DNA of 35,001 nt from Chitinophaga pinensis (GTDB lineage: Bacteria; Bacteroidota; Bacteroidia; Flavobacteriales_D; Crocinitomicaceae). Shown in pieces: positions 8,144 through 16,862 of this stretch (position 1 is the stretch's first letter; every line of letters starts with the position of its first letter). Both the position numbers and the translations under genes were made by a program. The notes under the pieces were generated by a model. That model saw nothing but the letters and a program-made list of their open reading frames with translations. It did not search any database and was not told where the DNA came from. The stretch lies in the NCBI GenBank assembly GCA_945868555.1, contig CAMBMC010000001.1, forward strand, positions 1-35,001, given 5' to 3'.

Positions 8144-8162
8144 AGCATCAAGCATTTTTGAG

Positions 8163-8918
8163 ATGGTGAAAATAAATATTCTTGTAGTTGAAGATGAATC
8201 GATTGTGTCTAAGGATATTCAACATTCGTTGCTTCGTTTTGGTTATGGTGTATCTGGATCATGTTCCAATGGTGAAAAAGCCATTGAACTAATACAAGAT
8301 TTAAATCCAGATGTGGTTCTTATGGACATCAATCTTAAAGGTAGTTTGACTGGAATTGAAACGGCTGAAATCATCAAAAAAGAATTTTCCGTACCAGTTA
8401 TTTTTCTCACAGCATATTCCGATGATTTAACTCTATCAAAAGCAGTGATAGCCGAGCCGTTTGGGTATATCATTAAACCATTCAAAGAAATTGATTTACA
8501 CACAAATATCGAGTTGGCAGTGTATAAACATCAGAGAGAACAAGAGGTCATTCGTGAACGAAATTTTCTGTATTCTATTGTTGAGCAAAAAGAAGTGCTT
8601 GCTGATTTCTTTTTTGTGAAAACAAATAGTAAGCTCATTAAACTTCGTACCCAAGATGTTTTTTATGTGGAGGCATTGAAAGATTATGTGGTGATACATA
8701 CGGCTGAAGCGCGTTACACAATCCATTCAACCATGAAGGATATTGAAATAAAATTGGGTAATTTAGATTTCATTCGTGTCCACCGATCGTTTATCGTACG
8801 AATGGATAAAATTGCCTCTATAGAATTCCCTAATTTATCCTTAGAAAAAGATAAAAAAATTATCCCAATAGGCGGTTCATACAGAGATGATTTGAGTGCT
8901 CGAATTCAAATGGTATAA
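8163..8918 (+). CDS. LytR/AlgR-family response regulator (REC + LytTR DNA-binding domain)
   Basis: The receiver has VEDE...VVLMDINL...TAYSD...KP. The C-terminal LytTR domain has FFFVKTNSKLIKL...VFYVEALKDYVVIHT...FIRVHRSFIV. No histidine kinase gene is adjacent. Confidence 0.85.
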   Translation: MVKINILVVEDESIVSKDIQHSLLRFGYGVSGSCSNGEKAIELIQDLNPDVVLMDINLKGSLTGIETAEIIKKEFSVPVIFLTAYSDDLTLSKAVIAEPFGYIIKPFKEIDLHTNIELAVYKHQREQEVIRERNFLYSIVEQKEVLADFFFVKTNSKLIKLRTQDVFYVEALKDYVVIHTAEARYTIHSTMKDIEIKLGNLDFIRVHRSFIVRMDKIASIEFPNLSLEKDKKIIPIGGSYRDDLSARIQMV

Positions 8919-8927
8919 TTCCTTGTT

Positions 8928-11060
8928 TTACGGAATTAATTCTAGATCAATTTGACGTTTCCGAACGTGAACTTCTGAAATACGCACAGTGACCTTGTCT
9001 CCAAAGTTGTATTCCTTTTTAAAACGGGAACCCACTATTCTATATTTCTCAGCATCAAAGTAAAAACGATCTCCTGGAATTCCCATCATAGGAACCATTC
9101 CTTCACACTGATTTCCATCCATTCGTACAAACAAACCGAATTCTGCAATTCCAGATACAATACCAGTAAATACTTCCCCTACATGATCCAGAACAAATAC
9201 TGTTTGGAAATATTTTGTGGATTCGCGCTCTGCATCTACGGCTTTTCTTTCCATCTTGGAAATGCGTTTACATACATCTGAAAGCTCATTGCCGTATCGG
9301 TGCTTTTTAGTGCTTAATTCTTCTTGTAGGACGCGATGGACGACCAAGTCGGCATAACGACGTATCGGCGATGTAAAATGCGTGTAGAAGTCAAATGCGA
9401 GCCCATAGTGACCGATATTGTCCGTTTCATAGGTTGCTTTTGCCATTGAACGAATGGCCATGGTTTGAATCAATGAATATTCTGGAGTATGGCGAATTTC
9501 ATCCAACAGGGTGTTTATGTTCAATGCAATTTTATCCGGTTGCCGAGCATCCACCTTGTAACCAAACTTTTCTATAAAGACATTGAATAATGCAATTTTT
9601 GCTGCGTCTGGTTTATCGTGTACTCTGAAAATGAAGGGAACAATATCTCTCCCTTTTTTTGGTGAAGCGACAAATTTTGCTACATGTTTATTGGCCAACA
9701 ACATGAACTCTTCAATGAGTTTGTGTGCATCTTTAGATGTCTTAATAATCACCTCGATTGGGTGACCGTCATCGTTTAAGCGGAAGCGGACTTCTTCAGA
9801 TTCAATACTTAAAGCCCCATGTTTGAGGCGTGATTTTCGCAAAATTTTAGCGATTTTATCTAAAACAAGGATTTCATCCTTATAATCTCCGTCTTTTCCT
9901 TCGATAATTTCTTGTGCATCTTCATAGCTGAATCGTCTGTTGGAATGGATTACCGTCTTGCCAAACCACTGGTCATGAACCACGCCTGCCTCGTCGATTT
10001 CGAAAATCACGGAGAAGCTATATTTGTCTTCATTTGGACGAAGAGAACAAGCCATATTTGATAGTTGTTCTGGCAACATTGGAACAACTCTATCGACAAG
10101 ATAAACAGAGTTTGAGCGCTTTAATGCTTCAATATCCATCGCGCTTCCTGGTCGAACATAATGACTAACATCCGCAATGTGAACACCCAATTCAATGTGT
10201 CCGTTTTCCAGTCTACGGAAAGAGAGCGCATCATCAAAATCTTTGGCGTCAACTGGATCGATGGTGAATGTTGTCACCCCGCGCATGTCTCTGCGGGTAG
10301 CAATTTCTCTTTCATCCAATTCCATTCCAACGGTTTCAGCTTCAACCAAAACAGCTTGTGGAAATTTATAGTCAATGCCATGATTGCATAAAATGCTAAT
10401 CATTTCTGTATCGTTGGACCCAGGCTTACCAAGAACCTCTATAACTTCTCCGTAGGGATTGTCTGAAGTTTTTGGCCAAACAGTGATTTTTACTAGGGCT
10501 TTATCGCCGTTTTTAGCACCGTTTAATTTTTCTTTAGAAATGTAAATATCGGTTCCTGCTTTCAAGTTGTCGGGTACCAAAAAAGCAAATTTATCGTGCA
10601 ATTCAATGGTACCGACATATTGAGATTTTTCACGTTCTAAAACCGTAATTATTTCGCCCTCATTTCTTGTTTTCCCCCGTTTAAAAATTCGCGCCCGAAC
10701 ACGATCACCATTGAGTGCTTGATTCAGATTTTGAGGAGCAATAAAAATATCTGATTCTTCATCGTCTGTCACAACAAAACCAGCGCCACGAGCGGTGAGT
10801 TCAATCGAGCCTTCAACTAAATCGTTTTTCACAGATAAGGAATAAACACCGTGTGCATGCGCTTGTAAAAAACCGTCATTAGTGAGTTCCTGCAACACAT
10901 CAAACACGAGTTTTCTCAACGCGTTTTCTCTAACATCAACGAGAGCACAGACTTGTTTATGAGAAAGTACACTGTCAGGATTTTTATCAAACACTTTCCT
11001 CACGATGTGAAGAAGACTGTTTTTCATTTTTGCAGGTTTTCCGCTTTTGTTTTTTGACAT
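8928..11060 (-). CDS. rnr: ribonuclease R (3'-5' exoribonuclease, RNB family with C-terminal S1 domain)
   Basis: 710 aa. RNB catalytic core (TIDPVDAKDFDDALS, HYGLAFDFYTHFTSPIRRYADLVVHR) and a C-terminal S1 domain (GIVSGIAEFGLFVRM). Confidence 0.9.
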   Translation of the reverse strand: MSKNKSGKPAKMKNSLLHIVRKVFDKNPDSVLSHKQVCALVDVRENALRKLVFDVLQELTNDGFLQAHAHGVYSLSVKNDLVEGSIELTARGAGFVVTDDEESDIFIAPQNLNQALNGDRVRARIFKRGKTRNEGEIITVLEREKSQYVGTIELHDKFAFLVPDNLKAGTDIYISKEKLNGAKNGDKALVKITVWPKTSDNPYGEVIEVLGKPGSNDTEMISILCNHGIDYKFPQAVLVEAETVGMELDEREIATRRDMRGVTTFTIDPVDAKDFDDALSFRRLENGHIELGVHIADVSHYVRPGSAMDIEALKRSNSVYLVDRVVPMLPEQLSNMACSLRPNEDKYSFSVIFEIDEAGVVHDQWFGKTVIHSNRRFSYEDAQEIIEGKDGDYKDEILVLDKIAKILRKSRLKHGALSIESEEVRFRLNDDGHPIEVIIKTSKDAHKLIEEFMLLANKHVAKFVASPKKGRDIVPFIFRVHDKPDAAKIALFNVFIEKFGYKVDARQPDKIALNINTLLDEIRHTPEYSLIQTMAIRSMAKATYETDNIGHYGLAFDFYTHFTSPIRRYADLVVHRVLQEELSTKKHRYGNELSDVCKRISKMERKAVDAERESTKYFQTVFVLDHVGEVFTGIVSGIAEFGLFVRMDGNQCEGMVPMMGIPGDRFYFDAEKYRIVGSRFKKEYNFGDKVTVRISEVHVRKRQIDLELIP

Positions 11061-11238
11061 GAATGGTAATTAAATCAGTGCGTTTTGTGTAAATATCATC
11101 TTTGCACCGCTTGAAGTTACGGCTTTCTTGGTTTTTGATAACTAGAAACACGCACTTCTTTTTATGTTTATCGAATTCCTTCGTATAAAGTATGTCTAAA
11201 CTTGGTAACTTTATCGAGTATTCTTAAAAAAACACAGA

Positions 11239-11757
11239 ATGAATCCACATGTTGAAAGTGCCTTAAATGACCAAGTTAAAAAGGAAGCATCCTCTTCTCA
11301 ATTTTACCTAGCAATGGCCTCATGGGCCGAAAGTAACGGGCTAAATGGAACAGCAAAATTCATGTATCAACACTCTGATGAAGAGCGTTTTCACATGTTG
11401 AAATTGATTCACTTTATCAATGAAAGGGGTGGGAAAGCTATTATTCCCCTCGTTGAGCAGGCCCCAAAGGAGTTTGAAAATTTAGAAAACGTTTTTGAAT
11501 TGTTGTTGGCCCACGAAATCAGAGTTACCGAAAGCATCAATAATTTGGTGGATATTTGTCTTCAACAAAAGGATTATACCACACATAATTTCGTGCAATG
11601 GTATGTTTCTGAACAATTGGAGGAAGAAGCGTTGGCGAGAACTGTTCTCGACAAGCTACGATTGATCGATGGAGACAAAGGTGGAATGTATATGTTCGAT
11701 CGTGATTTGGAAAGCGCATCAGTTGGCGGTGCCGGTCAGGCTCCTCAAAAACAATAA
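11239..11757 (+). CDS. ftnA: non-haem ferritin
   Basis: Ferritin-like di-iron ligand pattern (ASSSQFYLAMASW, EERFHMLKL, AHEIRVTES, EQLEEE). 172 aa. Confidence 0.8.
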   Translation: MNPHVESALNDQVKKEASSSQFYLAMASWAESNGLNGTAKFMYQHSDEERFHMLKLIHFINERGGKAIIPLVEQAPKEFENLENVFELLLAHEIRVTESINNLVDICLQQKDYTTHNFVQWYVSEQLEEEALARTVLDKLRLIDGDKGGMYMFDRDLESASVGGAGQAPQKQ

Positions 11758-11769
11758 AGACACGATTTA

Positions 11770-14700
11770 ATGTTAAAATGGTATTTCATACTGGGCTTTG
11801 TACTCGCACAATTTGCTGCACAAAGCCAGTCTGCATACCGTTTTTCGAACTTTTCCATTACTGATGGGCTTTCTCAAAGTTCGGTCACATGCATTCTTCA
11901 AGACGACAACCACGCCCTGTGGATTGGCACGCAAGACGGATTGAATCGCTTTGACGGCAAGCAGTTTGAGGTGTTTTCTTCCGAGGACAGCGATGGATTG
12001 AAAAGTGAATACATCAAGTGTGGAATTAAAACAAGCGATGGACGTTTGTGGTTTGGAACAACGAATGGACTAAGTGTTTTTGACCCGACCACAGAGCGAT
12101 TTACCCACCACACCATACCAGGAAAAATAGCCCTTCAGATAGAGGGGATTTGCACAGATCAACAAGGTGTATTGTGGTTGGCCACCTCAGGAAAAGGGGT
12201 AATTTCATTTGTTCCTAAAACAAAAAAATTCAAAGAACACAGCGCCCTTTCTGCGTCGCGACGCATACATGGTGTGTACAACGCATTGGACGGGGGAATA
12301 TTTATCGTAACAGAAGATAAAGGTGTGTTTTTGTCTGATGAAAACAAATTGCGCTGTAAACAACTTGTTCTTCCTGCTTCTACCCAGCAAAATAGCATAC
12401 AGCGCATTGTGACAAGCGCGAAAGGACAAACCTACTTTTGCACGAGTCAAGGGGTTTTTGAGTACATTTCAGGAAGCCAAAAACTCATTTTTCCAGCATT
12501 TACTCAACTCAACACTCAGTGGGGGGTGGTTTCAGTAAGTGATTTGGTGCAAACAGATGATGGAACAACGTATATTGTTACTTCCGGACAAGGATTATAC
12601 ACCCTCTATTCAAATGGTGCAATTGCCAAAAGCGCGCATGATTTACTTCAAAAAAACGCTCTGCTGTTTAATGATATCAATGTGCTTTTTTTAGACGATT
12701 CGGGCACCTTTTGGGCAGGTACAAAACGCGGCCTTTCAGGATTTGACCCAACAACACAGGGTTTTTTAGGAATTGGTCCCAGCGCGGATTTATCTCAAGG
12801 AATTCCCAAGCCCAATGTGTGGAGTTTCGGTGAGGATAAAAACGAAAAATATATCTTCGTAGGTACCGACTTAGGTATTTCACGCAGAAACAGATCTACA
12901 GGAACCTTCGAACAATACAATCGACCAGACATCAACACAACAGTTGGTGAAGGTGATGAAACAGCTGTTCTTTCAATGTATGTGATAGATCAAAACCATG
13001 TTTTAGCAGGTTGCGCTGACGGATTGTATGAATTAAACATCAATAATGGTGGTGGGTATACATTCAAACGGCTATACCTTCAACCAGAAAAAACCCTTTT
13101 ACGCCATAACAGAGTTTATAGTATTGTGCACTGGAAGGATCAGAAATATTTTTTAGGAACAAAGTCTGGGGCCCTACTAGTTGATTTAAAAACAAAAGAG
13201 CTTACTGCATTTGAACATCGCGCGAAACACCCAAAGGAATCTATAGCATCAGGCGTTTGTCGCGTTGTGTACAAAGATAATTCGGGTAAAATTTGGTTTG
13301 CGACAAGTTCAGGAGAATTGAGTGTGCTTTCTGTTCGAAACGGCAAACCAAGTATTCTTCCTTATGAACACAACGCGCTGTTTCTGAGGGCATCAAAGGA
13401 TTACATCAGCTCAATTTGTCAAACAGGACCGTATGAATATTGGTTCGGAACGATTGGTTCGGGGCTTATGAAGTGGAATGAGCGAACGAAGAAACTCGAT
13501 GTTTTTCAAAAGAAACAAGGGCTTCCAAATAACGTTGTGTATGGGGTGTTAAAGGCGGACAACAAGCACTTGTGGTTGAGTACCAATAAAGGTTTGTGTC
13601 GCTTTGATATGTATGGAAGCAAGTGTGTGAATTACACAGAACGTGACGGGTTAATGAGTAATGAATTTAACATTGGTGCATACTTCAACAGTAAAAATGG
13701 AGAGCTCTATTTTGGGGGAATTTATGGGTACAATTATTTTCTACCAGAAAAGCTTTCGTTAAAAATAAAAGATGTTTCAGTAAAGATTGTCAAGTTTAAA
13801 CTTGATAAAGGTTGGTTGTTGCCGGGAGATGTTGGATCTCCATTGAAGAAGCCCATTTCTTTAACCGACTTAATTACCTTGGGCTATAGGCAGCGAAGTT
13901 TTTCTGTGCGCTTTCAACCATCCAACCTGGGCCACTCTGACCTCATTAATTACAAATACATTTTGGAAGGGGCTGATGAGGGAGAGATGCTTATCGGTTC
14001 AACGAATGAATTGCGCTTTAGCTCCCTGTCACCAGGGACCTACGTTTTAAAGATTTATGCGCGCATCGGAGAAGGTCCCTGGAGTCAGATACCGGCAACC
14101 TTATCTATTGAAATTAAATCCCCTTTTTGGGCTACATGGTGGTTTATTGCAATCATTAGTGTGCTGTTGGCGGTTGCTATTCGACTTTTTGTGCGTGAAC
14201 GAATCAACTCTGCCCGCCGTGATCAGGTGCGTTTGGAAATGAAAATTGCCGATCGAACACGAGAAATACGTGCGCAAAATGAAAAAATAGAAAACCAACG
14301 AAAGCAACTGGAACAGGAAAAAAATAAGGTTGTCGAGCAACAGCGCTTGCTGCAAATAGAGAAAGATAAGTCTGAAAAACTTCTGAAAAACATAATCCCT
14401 GAATCTACTGCTGAGGAGCTGAAAAACCTTGGTCGGTCCAGTGCCCGTGCCTATAAAACAGTATCTGTATTGTTTACCGATTTTGTTGGATTTACAAAAG
14501 CTGCAGAACGGATGACACCAACCGAACTGGTAGGAAAACTCGATGTTTATTTTAGAAAGTTTGACGAAATTATTGTTGCCAATGGGCTAGAGAAAATAAA
14601 AACGATTGGCGACGCTTATATGTGTGCAGGAGGCGTGCCTGTGCGGAACCTAACAAACCCTGTAGATACTTGCCTTGCCGCGCTGCAAATACAGCATTAT

Positions 14701-15678
14701 ATGGCAACACTAAAATATAATGCCATTGCCCACAATCAAGAATATTGGGATTTACGTCTAGGAATCAACACAGGAGAAGTGACCGCAGGGGTTATTGGAA
14801 GCGAGCGTTTGGCGTATGACATCTGGGGCTCAACTGTGAATCAAGCGCAGCGCATGGAGATGCTGGGCGAACCAGGAAAAGTGACCATTACCGGCAACAC
14901 ATTTAAATTTATTGAACCGTATTTTGAATGCACGTTTAGAGGCAAGGCTCAATCAAAAAGCAAAGGCCTGATCGATATGTACACAGTGGACCGCATTAAA
15001 CTAGAACTTTCAATCAACGGAGAAGGGTTCTTGCCAAACGATCGATTCCATGAAATTGTCAACCTGCACCATTTTAGTTCCATCAACTATTACAAGGCGG
15101 AAAGACATATTATTCGAGTGCTGGAACAAGGGCTTTCAGAAAAATTACACTACCACAGCATTGAACACAGCATAGATGTTGTAAAAGCAGTTGAACGCTT
15201 GGCGCTGCTAGAGGGAATTACCGACGAAGGACTTTTCCTATTAAAAACAGCGGCAACCTATCACGATGCTGGATTTGTTGAACAATACGACAAAAACGAA
15301 CCGATTGGCGCACGACTGGCTGAAGAAATTCTGCCGAAATATGGGTATACCGAACAACACATCGGAACGATCAAAGAACTTATTTATGTAACGCAGATCC
15401 CCCACGCACCCAAAAACAAACTTGAAGAAATCATGTGTGATGCCGATCTGGATTACCTCGGTAGAGATGATTTCCATGAGATCGCCGATTGTTTGCGACG
15501 CGAGCTCCGAGAACATGGAAAGATAGACTCAGATCGTAAGTGGGATGAAATACAAATACATTTCTTGACAACACACAGGTACTTTACAGATACAGCAATC
15601 AACACCCGTCAAGAAAAGAAGCTGGAGAACATTCAAGAGATTCGAGATCGTCTCGAACGCGATGAATACGAGGACTGA
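11770..15678 (+). CDS. multidomain sensor: signal peptide, two-component-regulator propeller repeats, Y_Y_Y domain, TM, coiled coil, class III adenylate/guanylate cyclase and HD phosphohydrolase
   Basis: Propeller repeats recur (ALWIGTQDGLNRFD, RLWFGTTNGLSVFD, TFWAGTKRGLSGFD, HLWLSTNKGLCRFD). A YKYILEG Ig-like module is followed by the TM WWFIAIISVLLAVAIRLFV. The cyclase core has VLFTDFVGFT, KTIGDAYMCAGG and YDIWGSTVNQAQRME. The HD motifs are YHSIEHS, ATYHDAGF and CDADLDYLG. Confidence 0.8.
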   Translation: MLKWYFILGFVLAQFAAQSQSAYRFSNFSITDGLSQSSVTCILQDDNHALWIGTQDGLNRFDGKQFEVFSSEDSDGLKSEYIKCGIKTSDGRLWFGTTNGLSVFDPTTERFTHHTIPGKIALQIEGICTDQQGVLWLATSGKGVISFVPKTKKFKEHSALSASRRIHGVYNALDGGIFIVTEDKGVFLSDENKLRCKQLVLPASTQQNSIQRIVTSAKGQTYFCTSQGVFEYISGSQKLIFPAFTQLNTQWGVVSVSDLVQTDDGTTYIVTSGQGLYTLYSNGAIAKSAHDLLQKNALLFNDINVLFLDDSGTFWAGTKRGLSGFDPTTQGFLGIGPSADLSQGIPKPNVWSFGEDKNEKYIFVGTDLGISRRNRSTGTFEQYNRPDINTTVGEGDETAVLSMYVIDQNHVLAGCADGLYELNINNGGGYTFKRLYLQPEKTLLRHNRVYSIVHWKDQKYFLGTKSGALLVDLKTKELTAFEHRAKHPKESIASGVCRVVYKDNSGKIWFATSSGELSVLSVRNGKPSILPYEHNALFLRASKDYISSICQTGPYEYWFGTIGSGLMKWNERTKKLDVFQKKQGLPNNVVYGVLKADNKHLWLSTNKGLCRFDMYGSKCVNYTERDGLMSNEFNIGAYFNSKNGELYFGGIYGYNYFLPEKLSLKIKDVSVKIVKFKLDKGWLLPGDVGSPLKKPISLTDLITLGYRQRSFSVRFQPSNLGHSDLINYKYILEGADEGEMLIGSTNELRFSSLSPGTYVLKIYARIGEGPWSQIPATLSIEIKSPFWATWWFIAIISVLLAVAIRLFVRERINSARRDQVRLEMKIADRTREIRAQNEKIENQRKQLEQEKNKVVEQQRLLQIEKDKSEKLLKNIIPESTAEELKNLGRSSARAYKTVSVLFTDFVGFTKAAERMTPTELVGKLDVYFRKFDEIIVANGLEKIKTIGDAYMCAGGVPVRNLTNPVDTCLAALQIQHYMATLKYNAIAHNQEYWDLRLGINTGEVTAGVIGSERLAYDIWGSTVNQAQRMEMLGEPGKVTITGNTFKFIEPYFECTFRGKAQSKSKGLIDMYTVDRIKLELSINGEGFLPNDRFHEIVNLHHFSSINYYKAERHIIRVLEQGLSEKLHYHSIEHSIDVVKAVERLALLEGITDEGLFLLKTAATYHDAGFVEQYDKNEPIGARLAEEILPKYGYTEQHIGTIKELIYVTQIPHAPKNKLEEIMCDADLDYLGRDDFHEIADCLRRELREHGKIDSDRKWDEIQIHFLTTHRYFTDTAINTRQEKKLENIQEIRDRLERDEYED

Positions 15679-15690
15679 TGTTATTGTTTA

Positions 15691-15934
15691 ATTACGAATT
15701 ACGAGTTACGAGTTACTTGTTTTGCGCTTCGAAGTAAGAACTAGTCTTAAAATCTTAATACGAATTTGATCCCTTTGGGAATTTGGAATTTGATTGCTTC
15801 GCAAATTCATCGACTTGCCACTTCGAGTAAAAGTATGTCTTACCCCAATAGAAGATTTAAATTCGAAGTTGAACTTAACTCGTAACTTTCAGAAGTATCT
15901 TGTCTTAATATCTTGACGTCTTAAAATCTTAATA
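15691..15934. repeat. composite intergenic repeat region (tandem TTACGA(A/G) units, an 11-bp long-range inverted repeat and a 17-bp exact direct repeat)
   Basis: Tandem ATTACGAATTACGAGTTACGAGTTAC at 15691-15716. GTTACGAGTTA (15705-15715) is complementary to TAACTCGTAAC (15877-15887). GTCTTAAAATCTTAATA occurs at 15745-15761 and 15918-15934, each about 30 nt after one inverted-repeat arm. A degenerate AAGTA...GTCTTA unit appears three times. Confidence 0.7.
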
Positions 15935-15935
15935 T

Positions 15936-16760
15936 CTAACTAAACAGAATGCTTTGTCCGTAAGGGCCCAAATCGATAGGATTCACCACCAAAGCTGGGA
16001 TTCGCGCATCGTTGGTGATGATATATTGCTCGTAGTTGCTGCCCAAGGCGCTTAAAATCCCAGAGCGATTTAAGTTCATAATGGCAATTAAATCAGCGTC
16101 TAAGCCTACCGCATGTTTCACCACTTCTTTGTCAAAGCCGCTGCTTGGCGCCAATGTTGTCGTTACCTCAATGTTGCGCTCCGAAAAGAACTTGTTGGCA
16201 AAAAGAATATTTGATTGCACTTGGTGACGCAAAAAGTCATCTGTCTCGGCTGGTGTAATGACGTGAACGCGTGAATTGAAGTATGTGGCAATATTGGCGA
16301 CGATCGCTAGTTTTTGTTTTGTTTCCTTGTGTAAATCCATGGGAACAACAATGTCGTCGTAGCCCGTTTGTTTAATCCCTTTTTCCTGAACAATAATAAA
16401 AGGTACGGTAGAGCTTGTAATCACTTTTAAGGCATGACTACCGGTTACGTGTTGCCATCCGTGAGCGCCATGTGTACCCATAAAAATTAACTCAGAATGG
16501 TGTTCCGCGGCAAATTCACCGATGTCCTCAAAAATACTCCCTACCCGAACGGTTGGAATCAAGGTAACACCCGATGTTTCATGAACACGAAGCACTTCTG
16601 CAAGTTGCTGCTCCGCTTTGGCAATTTGTTTTTCTTTGTTTACCACATGAAGTACGTAAATTTGAGCATTCAACGGACGAGCAGTCGCTATCGCGTGATC
16701 AAGTGCATTTTCAGCCACCTGAGTAAAATCGTGAGGTACGATAAAATTTTTTGTGTTCAT
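15936..16760 (-). CDS. universal stress protein family protein (tandem USP domains)
   Basis: 274 aa with two USP-like halves. The first (IVPHDFTQVAENALDHA...LIFMGTHGAHG) is recognisable by eye and the second is more divergent. Confidence 0.75.
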   Translation of the reverse strand: MNTKNFIVPHDFTQVAENALDHAIATARPLNAQIYVLHVVNKEKQIAKAEQQLAEVLRVHETSGVTLIPTVRVGSIFEDIGEFAAEHHSELIFMGTHGAHGWQHVTGSHALKVITSSTVPFIIVQEKGIKQTGYDDIVVPMDLHKETKQKLAIVANIATYFNSRVHVITPAETDDFLRHQVQSNILFANKFFSERNIEVTTTLAPSSGFDKEVVKHAVGLDADLIAIMNLNRSGILSALGSNYEQYIITNDARIPALVVNPIDLGPYGQSILFS

Positions 16761-16792
16761 TGTAGCGGATTTTTACCGAAAGTGATTCAAAA

Positions 16793-16800
16793 CAAAAGTA
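16793..16800 (-). promoter_or_regulatory. candidate -7 promoter box for the USP gene (TACTTTTG on the minus strand)
   Basis: Exact TAnnTTTG match, 33 nt upstream of the ATG at 16760. Confidence 0.3.
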
Positions 16801-16862
16801 TAAAGAAACACTGATGCAGAAGAAAACTTTTGTCATTAATTTTACATAAAAACATTACATGT

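Noticed and set aside
8917-8937. Hairpin AATTCC-N9-GGAATT between the LytTR gene and rnr as a bidirectional terminator
   Set aside because: The stem is only 6 bp and AT-rich, there is no flanking T-tract, and it overlaps the rnr stop codon. This is too weak to call.
11188-11200. Recurring AAGTATGTCT(A/T)A motif in three intergenic regions (11188-11200, 15831-15842, 30304-16)
   Set aside because: The 10-13-nt matches are in AT-rich sequence, and I inspected only the intergenic regions by eye, which biases the search. The genomic contexts differ (one promoter-proximal, two convergent spacers). Chance cannot be excluded without a genome-wide k-mer count.
11770-15678. Reading the cyclase as a Pycsar/CBASS-type antiphage signalling enzyme
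   Set aside because: Those systems use small stand-alone cyclases paired with an adjacent effector gene. This one is a large periplasmic-sensor fusion flanked by ferritin and USP genes, with no effector-like partner.
15679-15935. CRISPR-like array reading of the intergenic repeats
   Set aside because: There are only two exact copies of a 17-bp repeat plus degenerate units, spacing is irregular, the repeat is too short, and there are no cas genes in the window.
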